A program made the translations under genes and the position numbers. From an uncultured bacterium (lineage in GTDB: Bacteria > Patescibacteriota > Minisyncoccia > UBA6257 > GWB1-50-10), in NCBI GenBank assembly GCA_963768835.1, contig CAVYJB010000002.1, positions 459,082 through 523,081 on the forward strand: 64,000 nt of DNA, in the 5' to 3' direction. Shown piece after piece: positions 10,547 through 20,874 of this stretch (position 1 is its first letter; every line of letters starts with the position of its first letter). Below the pieces are notes generated by a model, which had not been told where the DNA came from, searched no databases, and saw nothing but the letters and a program-made list of their open reading frames with translations.

Positions 10547-10876
10547 ATGGATTCTACAGAACACACAGAACATGCGCACGGAAAACCGAATGGCATTGCC
10601 ATCCTTTCCTACCTCTGGATCCTCTGCATCGTACCTCTCATCATCGGGAAAGATGACCCGTTCGTGAAGTTTCATGCGAAGCAGGGCTTGGCCCTCTTCA
10701 TCGGGGAGATCGTGCTTTTTGTGATTGCGATGATTCCATTCCTCGGCTGGGCCATTGCCTGGATCGGCAATATCGTGGCCGTCGTTCTCTCCATCATCGG
10801 CATCGTGAATGTCGCACAGGGGAAACGCGCCGAACTCCCCATCGTCGGAAGGTTCGCTGAAAGTTTCAAGTTTTAG
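10547..10876 (+). CDS. DUF4870-like small membrane protein
   Basis: AILSYL...DDPFVKFHAKQGL...ELPIVG. Confidence 0.8.
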   Translation: MDSTEHTEHAHGKPNGIAILSYLWILCIVPLIIGKDDPFVKFHAKQGLALFIGEIVLFVIAMIPFLGWAIAWIGNIVAVVLSIIGIVNVAQGKRAELPIVGRFAESFKF

Positions 10877-10954
10877 AAGGCTGACCATGGGATGGCTCTC
10901 GAGAAAGAGGCCCGTTCGGGATTCCGAGCGGGTCTCTTGTTGTATAATAGGATC

Positions 10955-11608
10955 ATGAGAACCCTGCGACGGAGCGAGTGGACCCTTCTTATTATCGTAG
11001 CTGTTATGATCGTTCTGGGCATCTTCGTATACCCGGCGCTTCCAGAGCAGACGGCGTCGCACTGGAATGCGGCGGGAGAAGTAAATGGCTATCTGCCGCG
11101 GTTCTGGGGGGCCTTTCTTTTGCCGATCATCGCTCTCATCATCGCACTTCTTTTCATCGCTATTCCGCGCGTCGATCCAAAACGAGCAAATATCGAGGGG
11201 TTCCGGTCATACTTCGATCGGGCAGTCATTCTCCTGCTCCTGTTTTTCTTCTATCTCTACGGGCTTACGCTTTTTTGGAATGTTGGGTATCATCCGAACT
11301 TCGCGCAATGGCTCGCGCCCGCGTTCGGTATCCTTTTTTACTATCTCGGGGTACTTTCGACTCATACGAAAATGAACTGGTTTATCGGCATCCGCACTCC
11401 TTGGACACTCTCAAGCGAGCGCGTTTGGGACAAGACGCATGCGCTCGGCGGGAAGCTTTTCCGGGCGGCTGGCGCCATCGCCCTCTTCGGCCTGGTATTC
11501 CCAGCCTACGGCATCTGGTTCATGCTTGTGCCCGTTCTTGTGGCGGCCGTGTGGGCCGTAGCATACTCTTACGTGGAGTATCGGAGAGAGGAACGGTCAA
11601 GAGCATAA
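10955..11608 (+). CDS. SdpI family immunity-like membrane protein (DUF1648 + SdpI)
   Basis: [21 protein letters not shown]; [22 protein letters not shown]. Confidence 0.88.
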   Translation: MRTLRRSEWTLLIIVAVMIVLGIFVYPALPEQTASHWNAAGEVNGYLPRFWGAFLLPIIALIIALLFIAIPRVDPKRANIEGFRSYFDRAVILLLLFFFYLYGLTLFWNVGYHPNFAQWLAPAFGILFYYLGVLSTHTKMNWFIGIRTPWTLSSERVWDKTHALGGKLFRAAGAIALFGLVFPAYGIWFMLVPVLVAAVWAVAYSYVEYRREERSRA

Positions 11609-11630
11609 TCGCTGGCTCGTTATCTCTATC

Positions 11631-12026
11631 ATGAAGATCGCTCAGGAATTCAAAGAGTTCGCGATGCGGGGGAGTGTGGTGGACCTAGCTGTCGGCGTCA
11701 TCATCGGCGCGGCTTTCGGGAAGATTGTTTCCTCGCTCGTCGCAGATGTTCTTATGCCACCGCTGGGAGTCCTTTTAGGTGGTATCAACTTTGCAGACTA
11801 TCAGTGGACTCTCCGGTCGGCAGTCGGTGCGTCACCTGCGGTGACGCTGAACTACGGTCTCTTTATCCAGAACATCGTAGATTTTCTTATCGTGGCGTTT
11901 GTAATCTTCCTTGTGGTGAAAGGGGTCAACAGGTTGCGGAAAGAAAAACCAGCTGTCCCTCCGGAGCCCGCACCAGAAGTGAAGCTTCTCACGGAGATTC
12001 GTGATGCGCTAAAAGAGCGGAAGTAG
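11631..12026 (+). CDS. mscL: Large-conductance mechanosensitive channel
   Basis: [34 protein letters not shown]; LLTEIRDAL. Confidence 0.97.
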   Translation: MKIAQEFKEFAMRGSVVDLAVGVIIGAAFGKIVSSLVADVLMPPLGVLLGGINFADYQWTLRSAVGASPAVTLNYGLFIQNIVDFLIVAFVIFLVVKGVNRLRKEKPAVPPEPAPEVKLLTEIRDALKERK

Positions 12027-12061
12027 TGGTCCTAAGGAATCTTGTGGGGTAGAATAAAAGC

Positions 12062-12469
12062 ATGGACGACAAAGCGAAACAGAATGAGGATGTTTGGCAG
12101 AAGATGCTCACGCCGGAGCAATACAATGTGTGCCGGCTCGGCGGGACCGAGCCTCCAGGGAGTGGGAAATACACCTACACAAAGGAGAATGGGATGTATA
12201 TCTGTGTAGCCTGCGGACAGCCACTTTTCTCCTCGGAGACGAAATTCGATTCCAGCACGGGGTGGCCGAGCTTCTATGATGTCGTGGAGAGGGGGAATGT
12301 AGAACTCAGAGAGGACGCGAGCTACGGCATGCGTCGTACTGAAGTGCGCTGTCGGAACTGCGGCTCGCATCTCGGCCATGTTTTCGATGATGGCCCGGCC
12401 CCGACTGGGAAACGCTATTGTATCAATTCCGTTGCCTTGGATTTTAAAAAGAAAGATGGGAAGGCGTAG
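12062..12469 (+). CDS. msrB: Peptide-methionine (R)-S-oxide reductase
   Basis: [30 protein letters not shown]. Confidence 0.97.
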   Translation: MDDKAKQNEDVWQKMLTPEQYNVCRLGGTEPPGSGKYTYTKENGMYICVACGQPLFSSETKFDSSTGWPSFYDVVERGNVELREDASYGMRRTEVRCRNCGSHLGHVFDDGPAPTGKRYCINSVALDFKKKDGKA

Positions 12470-12636
12470 GGGATTCACCGCTACACCTTTCCTTTCTTGG
12501 CTTTTCCTATGACTATAGCTGGGCAGTGAAGAAGCGACACCTAAAAGGGAACAGAGCTTTCTCGAGAGTGATGACGGCGGAGTCGCGAACTCCGCGGTTT
12601 TCTTTCCAGAAGCTCATAGAGTCCTCCACCAGCGCG

Positions 12637-12665
12637 TTGACGCTCGCGTCCATGGGTGCTATTTT
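12637..12665 (+). promoter_or_regulatory. Putative sigma70 promoter of the arginine decarboxylase gene
   Basis: TTGACG-17 nt-TATTTT with TG extension; SD AAGGAG before ATG 12705. Confidence 0.45.
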
Positions 12666-12704
12666 TCTATCAGTTCATCGAACACACTCACGGAAGGAGA
12701 TGGT

Positions 12705-13265
12705 ATGGGCGCGTCCATGGTTCCTCAGAAGATGTTTGCCACAAAAGGTGTCGGTCGGCATAAGGATTATCTTCAGTCCTTCGAGCTCGCGCTCCGGGAC
12801 GCCAAGATCGAGAAGTGCAATTTGGTAACTGTTTCCAGCATTTACCCACCTGGGTGCAAACGAATCTCGGTGGAGGAAGGCGTGAAGATGCTTTTGCCCG
12901 GGGAGCTCACCTATTGCGTCATGGCCCGCAATGCAACCAACGAGCCGAACCGGCTCATCGCTGCATCCATCGGTGTCGCTACCCCGGCGGACGACACCCA
13001 GTATGGCTATCTTTCCGAGCATCATCCCTACGGCGAAACCGATGAGAGGGCAGGCGAGTATGCCGAAGATCTGGCGGCGACGATGCTTGCCACCACGTTG
13101 GGGGTCGAGTTCGACCCGGGTATCGCCTGGGACGAGCGGGAAAAGCTCTTCAAGATGAGCGGGAAGATTGTGAAAACCTACAATGTGACGCAGTCGGCTG
13201 AGGGCCATAAAGATGGTATCTGGACGACCGTCCTCGCCTCTGTGGTCTTTATTCTCGACACCTGA
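12705..13265 (+). CDS. pdaD: Pyruvoyl-dependent arginine decarboxylase (PdaD/AaxB family)
   Basis: [25 protein letters not shown] (Ser-Ser self-cleavage site), [23 protein letters not shown]. Confidence 0.9.
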   Translation: MGASMVPQKMFATKGVGRHKDYLQSFELALRDAKIEKCNLVTVSSIYPPGCKRISVEEGVKMLLPGELTYCVMARNATNEPNRLIAASIGVATPADDTQYGYLSEHHPYGETDERAGEYAEDLAATMLATTLGVEFDPGIAWDEREKLFKMSGKIVKTYNVTQSAEGHKDGIWTTVLASVVFILDT

Positions 13266-13343
13266 TTGCGGATGTTTTCTCTATTACCCCGGTGCGATCT
13301 ACCCATGATCGCAGCCGGGGCTATTTTTTGTTACGATGGTGAC

Positions 13344-14282
13344 ATGCGAATTCTGAAGGGCCTTCTTTTAGCCATTCTTTTCCTTGGTGTAGTTTTCGTA
13401 GCCTATCATTTTCGAGCTCCTATCGAGGATGTTACACAAGGCCTTCTGCCAGCGCCGAAACCCTGTGCCGAACCCATCCGCTATACGCTCGGTGTTTTTG
13501 ATACCCGTTTCGGGATTTCGCAGACGGATTTCCTTGCAGCCGCTAAGCAGGCGACCGCGATCTGGTCTGCGCCCGTTGGCCACGACCTCTTCGCGTATGG
13601 GACGCCCGCTACACTCACACTCAACCTCATCTATGACCAGCGGCAGGATGTTACGCAGCGTCTTCAGGGTCTCGGCATCGTCATCCAGGACAACCAAGCG
13701 AGCTACAATATCTTGAAAACCAAGTTTGAAACGCTCAAGACCGCATACGGTGGGGAAGAGACGGCATATAATAGCGATCTTGCCGCATTCAACACCCAAA
13801 AAACCGCTTATGAGACAGAGGTTGAAAAATGGAACGCGGAGGGTGGGGCTCCGGCGGACGTATATGCCCGCCTTCAGACGGAGAAAGCGGCCCTGGACCA
13901 GGAAGTAGCCCGCGTAAACCAGGAGGGTGCAGACCTCCAGACCTCAGCGGACAACCTAAATGCGGTTGTCGAAGCTCTGAATCGGCTCGCTGGCATCTTG
14001 AATCTTACGGTGGTGAACTACAATGCCATCGATGCGAGCCAGGGCCAGGAATTTCAGGAAGGTGTCTATCAAAGCGATGCCGCAAGCTCTTCTATTGCGG
14101 TCTATCAGTTCGGCACCCGCGACAAGTTGGTACGTGTCCTGGCACACGAGTTCGGCCATGCGCTGGGCCTGGAGCACGTGAACGATCCCCAAGCTATCAT
14201 GTATAAACTGAACCAGGGCACGACGGAGAAGCTCGCGCCCGCGGATATCGCCGAGCTCCGTGCCCGGTGCGGAGGTTTCTGA
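13344..14282 (+). CDS. Matrixin-family (M10-like) zinc metalloprotease with coiled-coil insertion
   Basis: N-terminal TM; HEFGHALGLEH zinc motif and AIMY Met-turn; central heptad region. Confidence 0.88.
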   Translation: MRILKGLLLAILFLGVVFVAYHFRAPIEDVTQGLLPAPKPCAEPIRYTLGVFDTRFGISQTDFLAAAKQATAIWSAPVGHDLFAYGTPATLTLNLIYDQRQDVTQRLQGLGIVIQDNQASYNILKTKFETLKTAYGGEETAYNSDLAAFNTQKTAYETEVEKWNAEGGAPADVYARLQTEKAALDQEVARVNQEGADLQTSADNLNAVVEALNRLAGILNLTVVNYNAIDASQGQEFQEGVYQSDAASSSIAVYQFGTRDKLVRVLAHEFGHALGLEHVNDPQAIMYKLNQGTTEKLAPADIAELRARCGGF

Positions 14283-14303
14283 ATTGTGGTAAGCTGAGAT
14301 CAT

Positions 14304-15050
14304 ATGCGGATAGAGTGGAACAAGGTTACGTGGTACTCCGTCACCCTCTCCATTGTTGTCATTGGAGGATTCATTGCTGGTGTCGTTTCGTATATCTCGT
14401 GGTACCGTTCCGTCTCGAGCCGAGCGGAGGCGAGTTATGAGGCGCTTCAACAAGCTGTCGTGGCTCAGACACAACAAGCGCAGCACATCATGACCCTCTC
14501 GCCGGGGTCTCTGGGCACTGGAATCCAGTCGGTAGATACATCGAGCTGGAAGGTTTATACAAATACGAAGTACGGATTTTCGTTCCAATACCCGTCAGGT
14601 CTCGAATTGAAGGAAGGGCCCGTGCCGGATTTTCCGATGTGGAGGTACGGGAGCATGGTGCAGGGGGACCGTGTTGTCGCGGTCGGGGTTTTGGAGTCGC
14701 AGTATCCGAAAACGAATCTTGGGTTCGCGGGATTCCATGTGGGCGTGAGTGCGGACCCCAAAGAAGTAGCCGCCTGTCTTAGTCCTGACTATCCTAGCGA
14801 ACAGATGATTTCAACCTCGCTCTCGGGTGTCCCGTTTGAGTTTACAACCACGACTGATGTGGGAGCGGGGAACTACTATGACATTACAAGCTATCGCACG
14901 GTCCATGCGGGAACCTGTTTCGCGCTGGAGATTGTCCTACACTCTTCGAACATTATGAATTACTCCGAAACGCTTGGCATGAAGGAATTCGACCGCGCCA
15001 GCATCTATCCGCTTCTTCTACACACTCTCCAGACCTTCCGTTTCCAATAG
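14304..15050 (+). CDS. Membrane-anchored hypothetical protein (WKxYxNxxYGFxFxYP, PsbP-like domain)
   Basis: NKVTWYS TM start; WKVYTNTKYGFSFQYP; ends LLHTLQTFRF. Confidence 0.7.
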   Translation: MRIEWNKVTWYSVTLSIVVIGGFIAGVVSYISWYRSVSSRAEASYEALQQAVVAQTQQAQHIMTLSPGSLGTGIQSVDTSSWKVYTNTKYGFSFQYPSGLELKEGPVPDFPMWRYGSMVQGDRVVAVGVLESQYPKTNLGFAGFHVGVSADPKEVAACLSPDYPSEQMISTSLSGVPFEFTTTTDVGAGNYYDITSYRTVHAGTCFALEIVLHSSNIMNYSETLGMKEFDRASIYPLLLHTLQTFRFQ

Positions 15051-15140
15051 CGAGTTGACCTCATGACCGTTCGGGGAGTAGAGTGTTCATCAGTGAACGC
15101 TCTTTTTCATCTCCAATAACGAAAAACAAAGGAGGGTTGT

Positions 15141-15503
15141 ATGGAGACGGTGAATGAAAGAATCGAGGCGTGGTGTGTCCAGCCCTTGGATAGTTATACC
15201 AATCAGGTGATCGCGAGACGTCTGGATGCCAGCGCAGGAGACGAAGTGCAGGAATCCCATGAGCTCTTCGGCCTCTATCTCTGTTCTCTTAAGGATATTG
15301 AAAGTTTTGTTCTCAGTCGGCACGATCTTAACCTTAAATTCCTCGTTTACGGCCGCCTCGAGAATACACAGAAGTTTGCGAACATAACCTCTCTTTTCGA
15401 CCGCGGAAGACGGCCTATGCGAAGGATGCCCCCGGCGGAACCGACATCTCGTTTCCTGACCGGCCTCACTCATCATTTCCCTGAGTCTGGTGTAAAAGCC
15501 TGA
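15141..15503 (+). CDS. Hypothetical protein
   Basis: GGAGG SD, upstream TTGACC-18 nt-TAGAGT, terminator hairpin downstream. Confidence 0.6.
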   Translation: METVNERIEAWCVQPLDSYTNQVIARRLDASAGDEVQESHELFGLYLCSLKDIESFVLSRHDLNLKFLVYGRLENTQKFANITSLFDRGRRPMRRMPPAEPTSRFLTGLTHHFPESGVKA

Positions 15504-15507
15504 CTCT

Positions 15508-15551
15508 AAAAAAACCCCCGGTGCGCTATAACAGCGTGTCCGGGGGTTTAC
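15508..15551. terminator. Bidirectional intrinsic terminator between convergent genes
   Basis: aaacccccgg (15512-15521) / ccgggggttt (15540-15549) with flanking A/T runs. Confidence 0.75.
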
Positions 15552-15570
15552 TTATGCTCTCTGCTGTTTC

Positions 15571-16305
15571 TCATTTTCTAGTAGAAGCGAGGAGGGAGCG
15601 GGTGGCGAAGGATTGAAATTTTCGTTTCAAGACAGGAAGTACGGTTGCATCGTAGGGAAGTTCGATCTTGACTGAGATGGAGAAGGTGGCAGGGTTTGGG
15701 AATTCAGGGAACCGGCGCATGAGCTCGAGTTTGATCTCCTCCGGTGTCGAAGGGAGGGGCAGCTTCATCTCCAGGCGACGTGAACGCAGTCCACGTAGGC
15801 GATCTTCGCCAGCGGTATAGATAGAGACTTCGTATTGGTGCAGATCAGGAGTTTGTTCCGGTCTTGAGATGATCCAGTATCCTTCGAGTTTGTGCTGAGG
15901 CTCAAGACCGACCGTGGTGATATGAACGTGCTGTCCAACGAACTCGAAGATTGCAGAGCCTTCTTCGTTTACTTTTCGAATCTGCGGCAGAGCCCAACTC
16001 ATCAAGCTTGCCACCGAATCGAAAGCAGTGTCGTCGCCCGCGAGACAGAAAAGAAGTTTCCGATGTTCGACATCGACCCGTCGTAGTTTATGAGGCAAGC
16101 GATCTTGTAGCTGCTTTCGGTGTTCCAGCACCTCCTCTAGCCCGAGTTGGAGGTCGACGAGCTTGGCGAATGAGGGGTAGAGGCGGTTATGTCTCAACTC
16201 CTTCCTTGCCGCCGTGAGGTGAGCCAGGATGCGGTAGCGCTGCAATTCCTCGTCCTTTTCCGGATGAAGAAAAAGATCGAACGAGAGCTTCTCTGAAACT
16301 TCCAT
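15571..16305 (-). CDS. Hypothetical protein (244 aa)
   Basis: GGGAGG SD before ATG 16305; globular composition (YRILAHL...LYPSF...VLPVLKRKF). Confidence 0.7.
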   Translation of the reverse strand: MEVSEKLSFDLFLHPEKDEELQRYRILAHLTAARKELRHNRLYPSFAKLVDLQLGLEEVLEHRKQLQDRLPHKLRRVDVEHRKLLFCLAGDDTAFDSVASLMSWALPQIRKVNEEGSAIFEFVGQHVHITTVGLEPQHKLEGYWIISRPEQTPDLHQYEVSIYTAGEDRLRGLRSRRLEMKLPLPSTPEEIKLELMRRFPEFPNPATFSISVKIELPYDATVLPVLKRKFQSFATRSLLASTRK

Positions 16306-16391
16306 AATAAGCCTCCCTCGTTGATAGGTGGGTGAAGTTACTGTTCCATAGTATGCGGCGTGATCGCGGGGTCCGTCAACGGTCGACAACC

Positions 16392-16424
16392 ACAAACCCC
16401 CCGCTGTAGGGCAGGGGGTTTTGT
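16392..16424. terminator. Intrinsic terminator hairpin downstream of the minus-strand ECF unit
   Basis: aaaccccc...gggggttt inverted repeat. Confidence 0.55.
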
Positions 16425-16515
16425 TCTTTGCACGGAACGCACTCCGTGCGGTGCTCCCGAAACGAGAGCTATATGGTTCGCTCATCGGTCGATGAGGTGG
16501 AGAGTTGTGGGGTTT

Positions 16516-16623
16516 TCAGCCCTGCGGAGGAGGCCGCGGAGGAAAGTAACCGATTGTATGCTCAGCCTGTGTAAGCTTGCGACTATGAGCTGCGGCGTGG
16601 GAAATGATGCGGTAGCGTTTCAT
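16516..16623 (-). CDS. Putative 35-aa small protein
   Basis: Hand translation MKRYRIISHAAAHSRKLTQAEHTIGYFPPRPPPQG*; starts 18 nt after the upstream stop, AT-rich spacer; too short for the ORF track. Confidence 0.35.
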   Translation of the reverse strand: MKRYRIISHAAAHSRKLTQAEHTIGYFPPRPPPQG

Positions 16624-16641
16624 GGTTGTAATTAATAGTTT

Positions 16642-17103
16642 TTAGTTGAGGAAGGGAACTCGTATCAAGACACCTCGCGTGGCCGACTTCATGTGGCCCC
16701 AGAAGAAGCCTGCCACTCCTCGGATGGTGCGGAGAATCCGTTCCCAGATGCGACCCCACCGCAAGGCGCGAGTTCCGAGGCCAACAACGAGAAGGATGTC
16801 GACCAGGAGACCGAAGAAAAGGTCGAAGTGGTGAAACTGTGCTGGTACTAGTCCTCCGAGACCGATAGAGTTAGCAAGGGAGCGCACCCCCGTCGCAATG
16901 CCGTCGTTCAAACCATGGTGCGTGAGGTCGAGGATGTGCCAGGAGTCAGCTATGAAACTTCCGATCGCAAGGCCGAGGAGGAGAAGAAAGGGGCCTCGAC
17001 GTGTGTAATGACGGAGACGCGCCCGCCGCAAGATGCGCCGGTGGAGCCGCCCCGATACCGGTTCGGAATCAAGGGATTTAATTTTTTGGAAATAGTAGTC
17101 CAT
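16642..17103 (-). CDS. Putative anti-sigma membrane protein
   Basis: Overlaps the ECF stop; EPVSGRLHRRIL helix then two TM segments, same layout as 204..635. Confidence 0.55.
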   Translation of the reverse strand: MDYYFQKIKSLDSEPVSGRLHRRILRRARLRHYTRRGPFLLLLGLAIGSFIADSWHILDLTHHGLNDGIATGVRSLANSIGLGGLVPAQFHHFDLFFGLLVDILLVVGLGTRALRWGRIWERILRTIRGVAGFFWGHMKSATRGVLIRVPFLN

Positions 17104-17665
17104 ATGGTTTTGGGTGCGCGGCGGCGGGGAGGATTTGCGCTTCAAGTTCAAGCGCACGACCGAGCTCCTGCCGCGCGTTTCTTAGATGTGTTTTCAGGGT
17201 TCCGAGGGGTATATTGAGGATGGACGCGATCTCACGGTAACTGAATTCGTCATGGTAGTAGAGGAGCAGCACCGATTGGTGTAAGTGCGGAAGCCGGATG
17301 AGAGCCCGTCGAATATCGAGACCCTCGGCCCAGTCGGCAGGGCGCGATGCGGGGGCCGGGACCTCTTCCGCCGCCTCAAGCGGCGCTTCCTTGAGCCGTT
17401 TCCGCTTCCGGAGCGCATCGAAAGCAAGATTCGTCGCGACGCGGTAGAGCCAACCGCGCACGTTTCGCCCCGTGTCAATCCGCCGTAGGTTGGTGTAGAG
17501 CCGCAGAAACGTTTCTTGAGTGAGATCTTCTGCGTCCTCCCTCTGGCCCACAAGCCGTATGAGATAGTTCAGGATAGGTCGCTCGTGAGCGGTGAGAATC
17601 GCCTCGAAGACCATGAGGCCCCCACTCTTCCCCTCGTTTTGTGGCATATCCGGTCTGGTGTTCAT
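17078..17665 (-). CDS. ECF RNA polymerase sigma factor
   Basis: Region 2 DAEDLTQETFLRLY...WLYRVATNLAFDALRK; region 4 FSYREIASILNIPLGTLKTHLRNAR. Confidence 0.93.
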   Translation of the reverse strand: MNTRPDMPQNEGKSGGLMVFEAILTAHERPILNYLIRLVGQREDAEDLTQETFLRLYTNLRRIDTGRNVRGWLYRVATNLAFDALRKRKRLKEAPLEAAEEVPAPASRPADWAEGLDIRRALIRLPHLHQSVLLLYYHDEFSYREIASILNIPLGTLKTHLRNARQELGRALELEAQILPAAAHPKPYGLLFPKN

Positions 17666-17840
17666 AGCGTAGTTGGCTCCTGGTCCTTCACTTATTAATA
17701 CGAAGGGGAGGAGGAAAAGGTTTGCGAAGCCAGAGAACCATTGGATTTTCGAGCTCTCTGAAGGTTGCCCTTTCCTGGGAATGTGGCGTTCTCATTGTCG
17801 CGTTCTTGCGCAGGGCGGGGGCAGGGTTAAACTGTAGCCA

Positions 17841-19565
17841 ATGCCGAAGGAGACCGATCTTATTAAGCAAAAACTAAATATCGTGGATTTTATCCGCGGA
17901 TATCTTCCCCTCATGCCCGCAGGGAAGAATTTCAAGGCGCTCTGCCCCTTTCATCCCGAGAAGACACCTTCGTTCATTGTCTCACCGGATCGTCAAACCT
18001 GGCACTGTTTTGGTTGCAGTGAAGGCGGAGACATTATCAAGTTTGTGATGAAATATGAGAACCTGGAGTTCCCCGAAGCGCTGCGTTTTCTTGGAGAGAA
18101 AGCCGGCGTCCCCATCCAGGTTTTGAATCCGCGCGAGCAACGGGAGTTCGGCGTACTCTACGATCTCCACGAAGCGGCGCGCGACTACTACCGCGCTGCT
18201 CTTGGAAAGCATGAACGGGCACGCAAGTATCTCGCAGACCGAGGCTTGAGGCCGGAAACGCTCGAAGCGTTCGGTGTGGGGTACGCTCCAGGTGGGGAAT
18301 CCCTAACACTCCATCTTATTCAAAAAGGATTCGACGTTGCGGATGTAGTGCGCGGCGGGCTCGCGGGGAAGGCAGCAAGCGGGATGTTCCGCGACCGTTT
18401 CCAAGCCCGCATCACATTCCCTATCGCGAATCAGCTTGGGAAAATAGTGGCATTCACGGGGCGCATCCTCGAGGTGCCCGTGGGCATGAAGGAAGGGGAT
18501 CTCCCGAAGTATCTAAACAGTCCTGAGACCCCCATCTTCTCGAAGTCCAAGGTACTCTATGGGCTCGATCGCACGAAGAACGCCATCGCCCGGAGTCGCA
18601 CCGCGCTTCTTGTCGAAGGCCAGATGGACCTTCTGATGGCATGGCAGTCCGGCGTGGAGAACATAGTAGCGACTTCTGGCACCGCGCTTACAACCCAACA
18701 TCTCGAACGGCTCCGTCGCATCGCGGACACCGTCATTGTGAGTTTCGACAACGACCCCGCGGGCTTGAAGGCTCTGGAGCGGTCGCTGGATACAATGGGT
18801 GGTTTTGATTTCCACGTGAAGGCCATCCGCATCAGTCCCTATAAGGATCCGGCGGATGCCGTGAAGGCTGACCCTGAGTTTTTGAAACGAGCCGTTGCGG
18901 CCGCGGAACCTGCTTTCCGCTACCTTTTCGCCGAGACCTTTGCTCTTCCGGCGGTGGTGGATGACACGGCGGAGCGGAAACGTGCGGTGCGGGAGTTCTT
19001 GGGGAAGATCCGCCGACTCCCAAGTGCTGTGGAACAGGACGTATGGCTGAAAGATTTGGCAAACTATTCGGGTGTCTCGGAGACAGCGCTTGCGACCGAG
19101 CTTGCGAACCTGCCCGCGCCGAAGACTGGAACCGCAGAACCTGCTGCGGAAGCGAAAGTCATTCTCCCCGGGGCCGAACGTATCGATCTCATCGCGCGAC
19201 GGCTTCTCACGCTTGCGTTTTTCCGCGATGAATTTTTGGAAGCGGTGCGCGTGAAGCGCGATCTACTACCCGCGTTCTATGCTGCAGCACTTGACGACCC
19301 TTCTTCTCAAGCACGGCAGATGCTCGAGCTTCAGGCGAGCTACACGCTTCCCAGCGATGACCCGCTTGCGCTCCGGGAGGAGCTTGATGAACTTCTGGAG
19401 CAGTTGGAACTTGAGAAACTTGTCCGGGATCAACTTGCTCTCCGAGTGGAGATACGCGCGGCTGAGCGACGAGGGGATGAACCGGGGACCCTCACGCTTA
19501 TGGAGCGGTTCAACAAGCTATCCCACGCGATTGACGAACTCCGTGGGAACCTCTATAGTACCTAG
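17841..19565 (+). CDS. dnaG: DNA primase
   Basis: CPFHPEKTPSF zinc finger, KYLNSPET, VEGQMD, FDNDPAG Toprim, KDPAD. Confidence 0.97.
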   Translation: MPKETDLIKQKLNIVDFIRGYLPLMPAGKNFKALCPFHPEKTPSFIVSPDRQTWHCFGCSEGGDIIKFVMKYENLEFPEALRFLGEKAGVPIQVLNPREQREFGVLYDLHEAARDYYRAALGKHERARKYLADRGLRPETLEAFGVGYAPGGESLTLHLIQKGFDVADVVRGGLAGKAASGMFRDRFQARITFPIANQLGKIVAFTGRILEVPVGMKEGDLPKYLNSPETPIFSKSKVLYGLDRTKNAIARSRTALLVEGQMDLLMAWQSGVENIVATSGTALTTQHLERLRRIADTVIVSFDNDPAGLKALERSLDTMGGFDFHVKAIRISPYKDPADAVKADPEFLKRAVAAAEPAFRYLFAETFALPAVVDDTAERKRAVREFLGKIRRLPSAVEQDVWLKDLANYSGVSETALATELANLPAPKTGTAEPAAEAKVILPGAERIDLIARRLLTLAFFRDEFLEAVRVKRDLLPAFYAAALDDPSSQARQMLELQASYTLPSDDPLALREELDELLEQLELEKLVRDQLALRVEIRAAERRGDEPGTLTLMERFNKLSHAIDELRGNLYST

Positions 19566-19568
19566 CGA

Positions 19569-20780
19569 ATGGCCCCCCGATTCCACAAACGGTCCTCTAA
19601 AGCGAGGCCGAAGAGAGTTTTGGCCCTAACCAAGAAAGGTAGCGCGGGGAAGAAGGCGAAAACGAAGGCGCCGGTGGCGAAGCACACTCGACCGGTGGAT
19701 CCGGAATATCTCGAGCACCTGAACGCGCTGGTGATCCGGGGCCGCGGACGCGGCTTTGTCACAGACGCGGAGGTTCTAAATTACTTCCCGGATATCGAGA
19801 AAAACCTCCCCTTCCTTGAACAGGTCTACGATCGGCTTGAAAAGGAGGGTATCAAAGTGCAGGAGTCGAGCCCGCTTGTGAAACACGTGCGGGAGGACCG
19901 TGCCGAGGTGACCGCCGAGGAACTGAAAGCTGCGACGCGCATCGAAGCGGACTTGCCGGATGCGGTTCAGATGTACCTGCGAGAGATTGGCCGCACGCCG
20001 CTCCTCACACAGAAGGAAGAGAAGGAACTTGCGAAGCGCATCGAGCGTGGCGACGAACTGGCCCGGCAGAAACTTATCCAGGCGAACCTCCGGCTCGTGG
20101 TGTCCATCGCGAAGCGCTATGTAAACCGCTCCCCCCATCTCTCCATCCTTGACCTCATTCAAGAGGGGAATATCGGCCTTTCGAAAGCCGTCGACAAGTT
20201 TGACTACCATAAAGGATTTAAATTTTCCACCTATGCTACCTGGTGGATACGGCAGGCGGTGACCCGCGCCCTGGCCGACTACTCGCGCACCATTCGTATC
20301 CCGGTCCACATGGTGGAGACCATCACGAAGTACACGCAGACGAAGCGGCGCCTCATGCAGGAGCTGGGCCGCGAACCGCTGCCGGAGGAGATCGCCTCGG
20401 AACTCGGCGTGGATGTGGAAAAGATCCACTACATCCAAAAGATATCGCAGGAGGTCATTTCCCTCGAGTCGCCGGTAGGGGACGATGACGAGGATTCTAT
20501 CCTCTCGGATTTCATCAAGGATGAGCAGTCTCTTTCGCCCGACCAGCTCGCCTCCCACGCGCTCCTGAAAGACCAGATTAAGGAGATTCTGATCGAGCTT
20601 ACGGACCGTGAGCGAAAAATCCTCGCGATGCGTTTCGGCCTGGATGATAATATCCAGCACACGCTCGAGGAGGTAGGTAAGGTTTTCGGTGTCACGCGCG
20701 AACGCATTCGGCAGATTGAGGCGAAGGCTCTGGAGCGTATCCGCCAGCACGATAAAGTAAAGAAGCTGGAAGGATATTGA
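19569..20780 (+). CDS. rpoD: Primary RNA polymerase sigma factor
   Basis: [55 protein letters not shown]; follows dnaG. Confidence 0.96.
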   Translation: MAPRFHKRSSKARPKRVLALTKKGSAGKKAKTKAPVAKHTRPVDPEYLEHLNALVIRGRGRGFVTDAEVLNYFPDIEKNLPFLEQVYDRLEKEGIKVQESSPLVKHVREDRAEVTAEELKAATRIEADLPDAVQMYLREIGRTPLLTQKEEKELAKRIERGDELARQKLIQANLRLVVSIAKRYVNRSPHLSILDLIQEGNIGLSKAVDKFDYHKGFKFSTYATWWIRQAVTRALADYSRTIRIPVHMVETITKYTQTKRRLMQELGREPLPEEIASELGVDVEKIHYIQKISQEVISLESPVGDDDEDSILSDFIKDEQSLSPDQLASHALLKDQIKEILIELTDRERKILAMRFGLDDNIQHTLEEVGKVFGVTRERIRQIEAKALERIRQHDKVKKLEGY

Positions 20781-20874
20781 GCCTCCCGGATATCAAAGAA
20801 GTACAAAAAGAAAGACCCTCGATGAAATCTATCAAGGGTCTTTTTCTGTCTGCTTATCAGTTTGCAAGGATTCT

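Noticed and set aside
12470-12704. Riboswitch or small ORF between msrB and pdaD
   Set aside because: Only short hairpins; the 46-codon minus-strand ORF overlaps the predicted promoter and lacks support; no aptamer I can recognise.
19776-20750. Long antisense ORFs (e.g. 324 aa opposite rpoD, 440 aa at 45972..47294, 438 aa at 56746..58062)
   Set aside because: Shadows of GC-rich, codon-biased genes on the other strand; no recognisable motifs.
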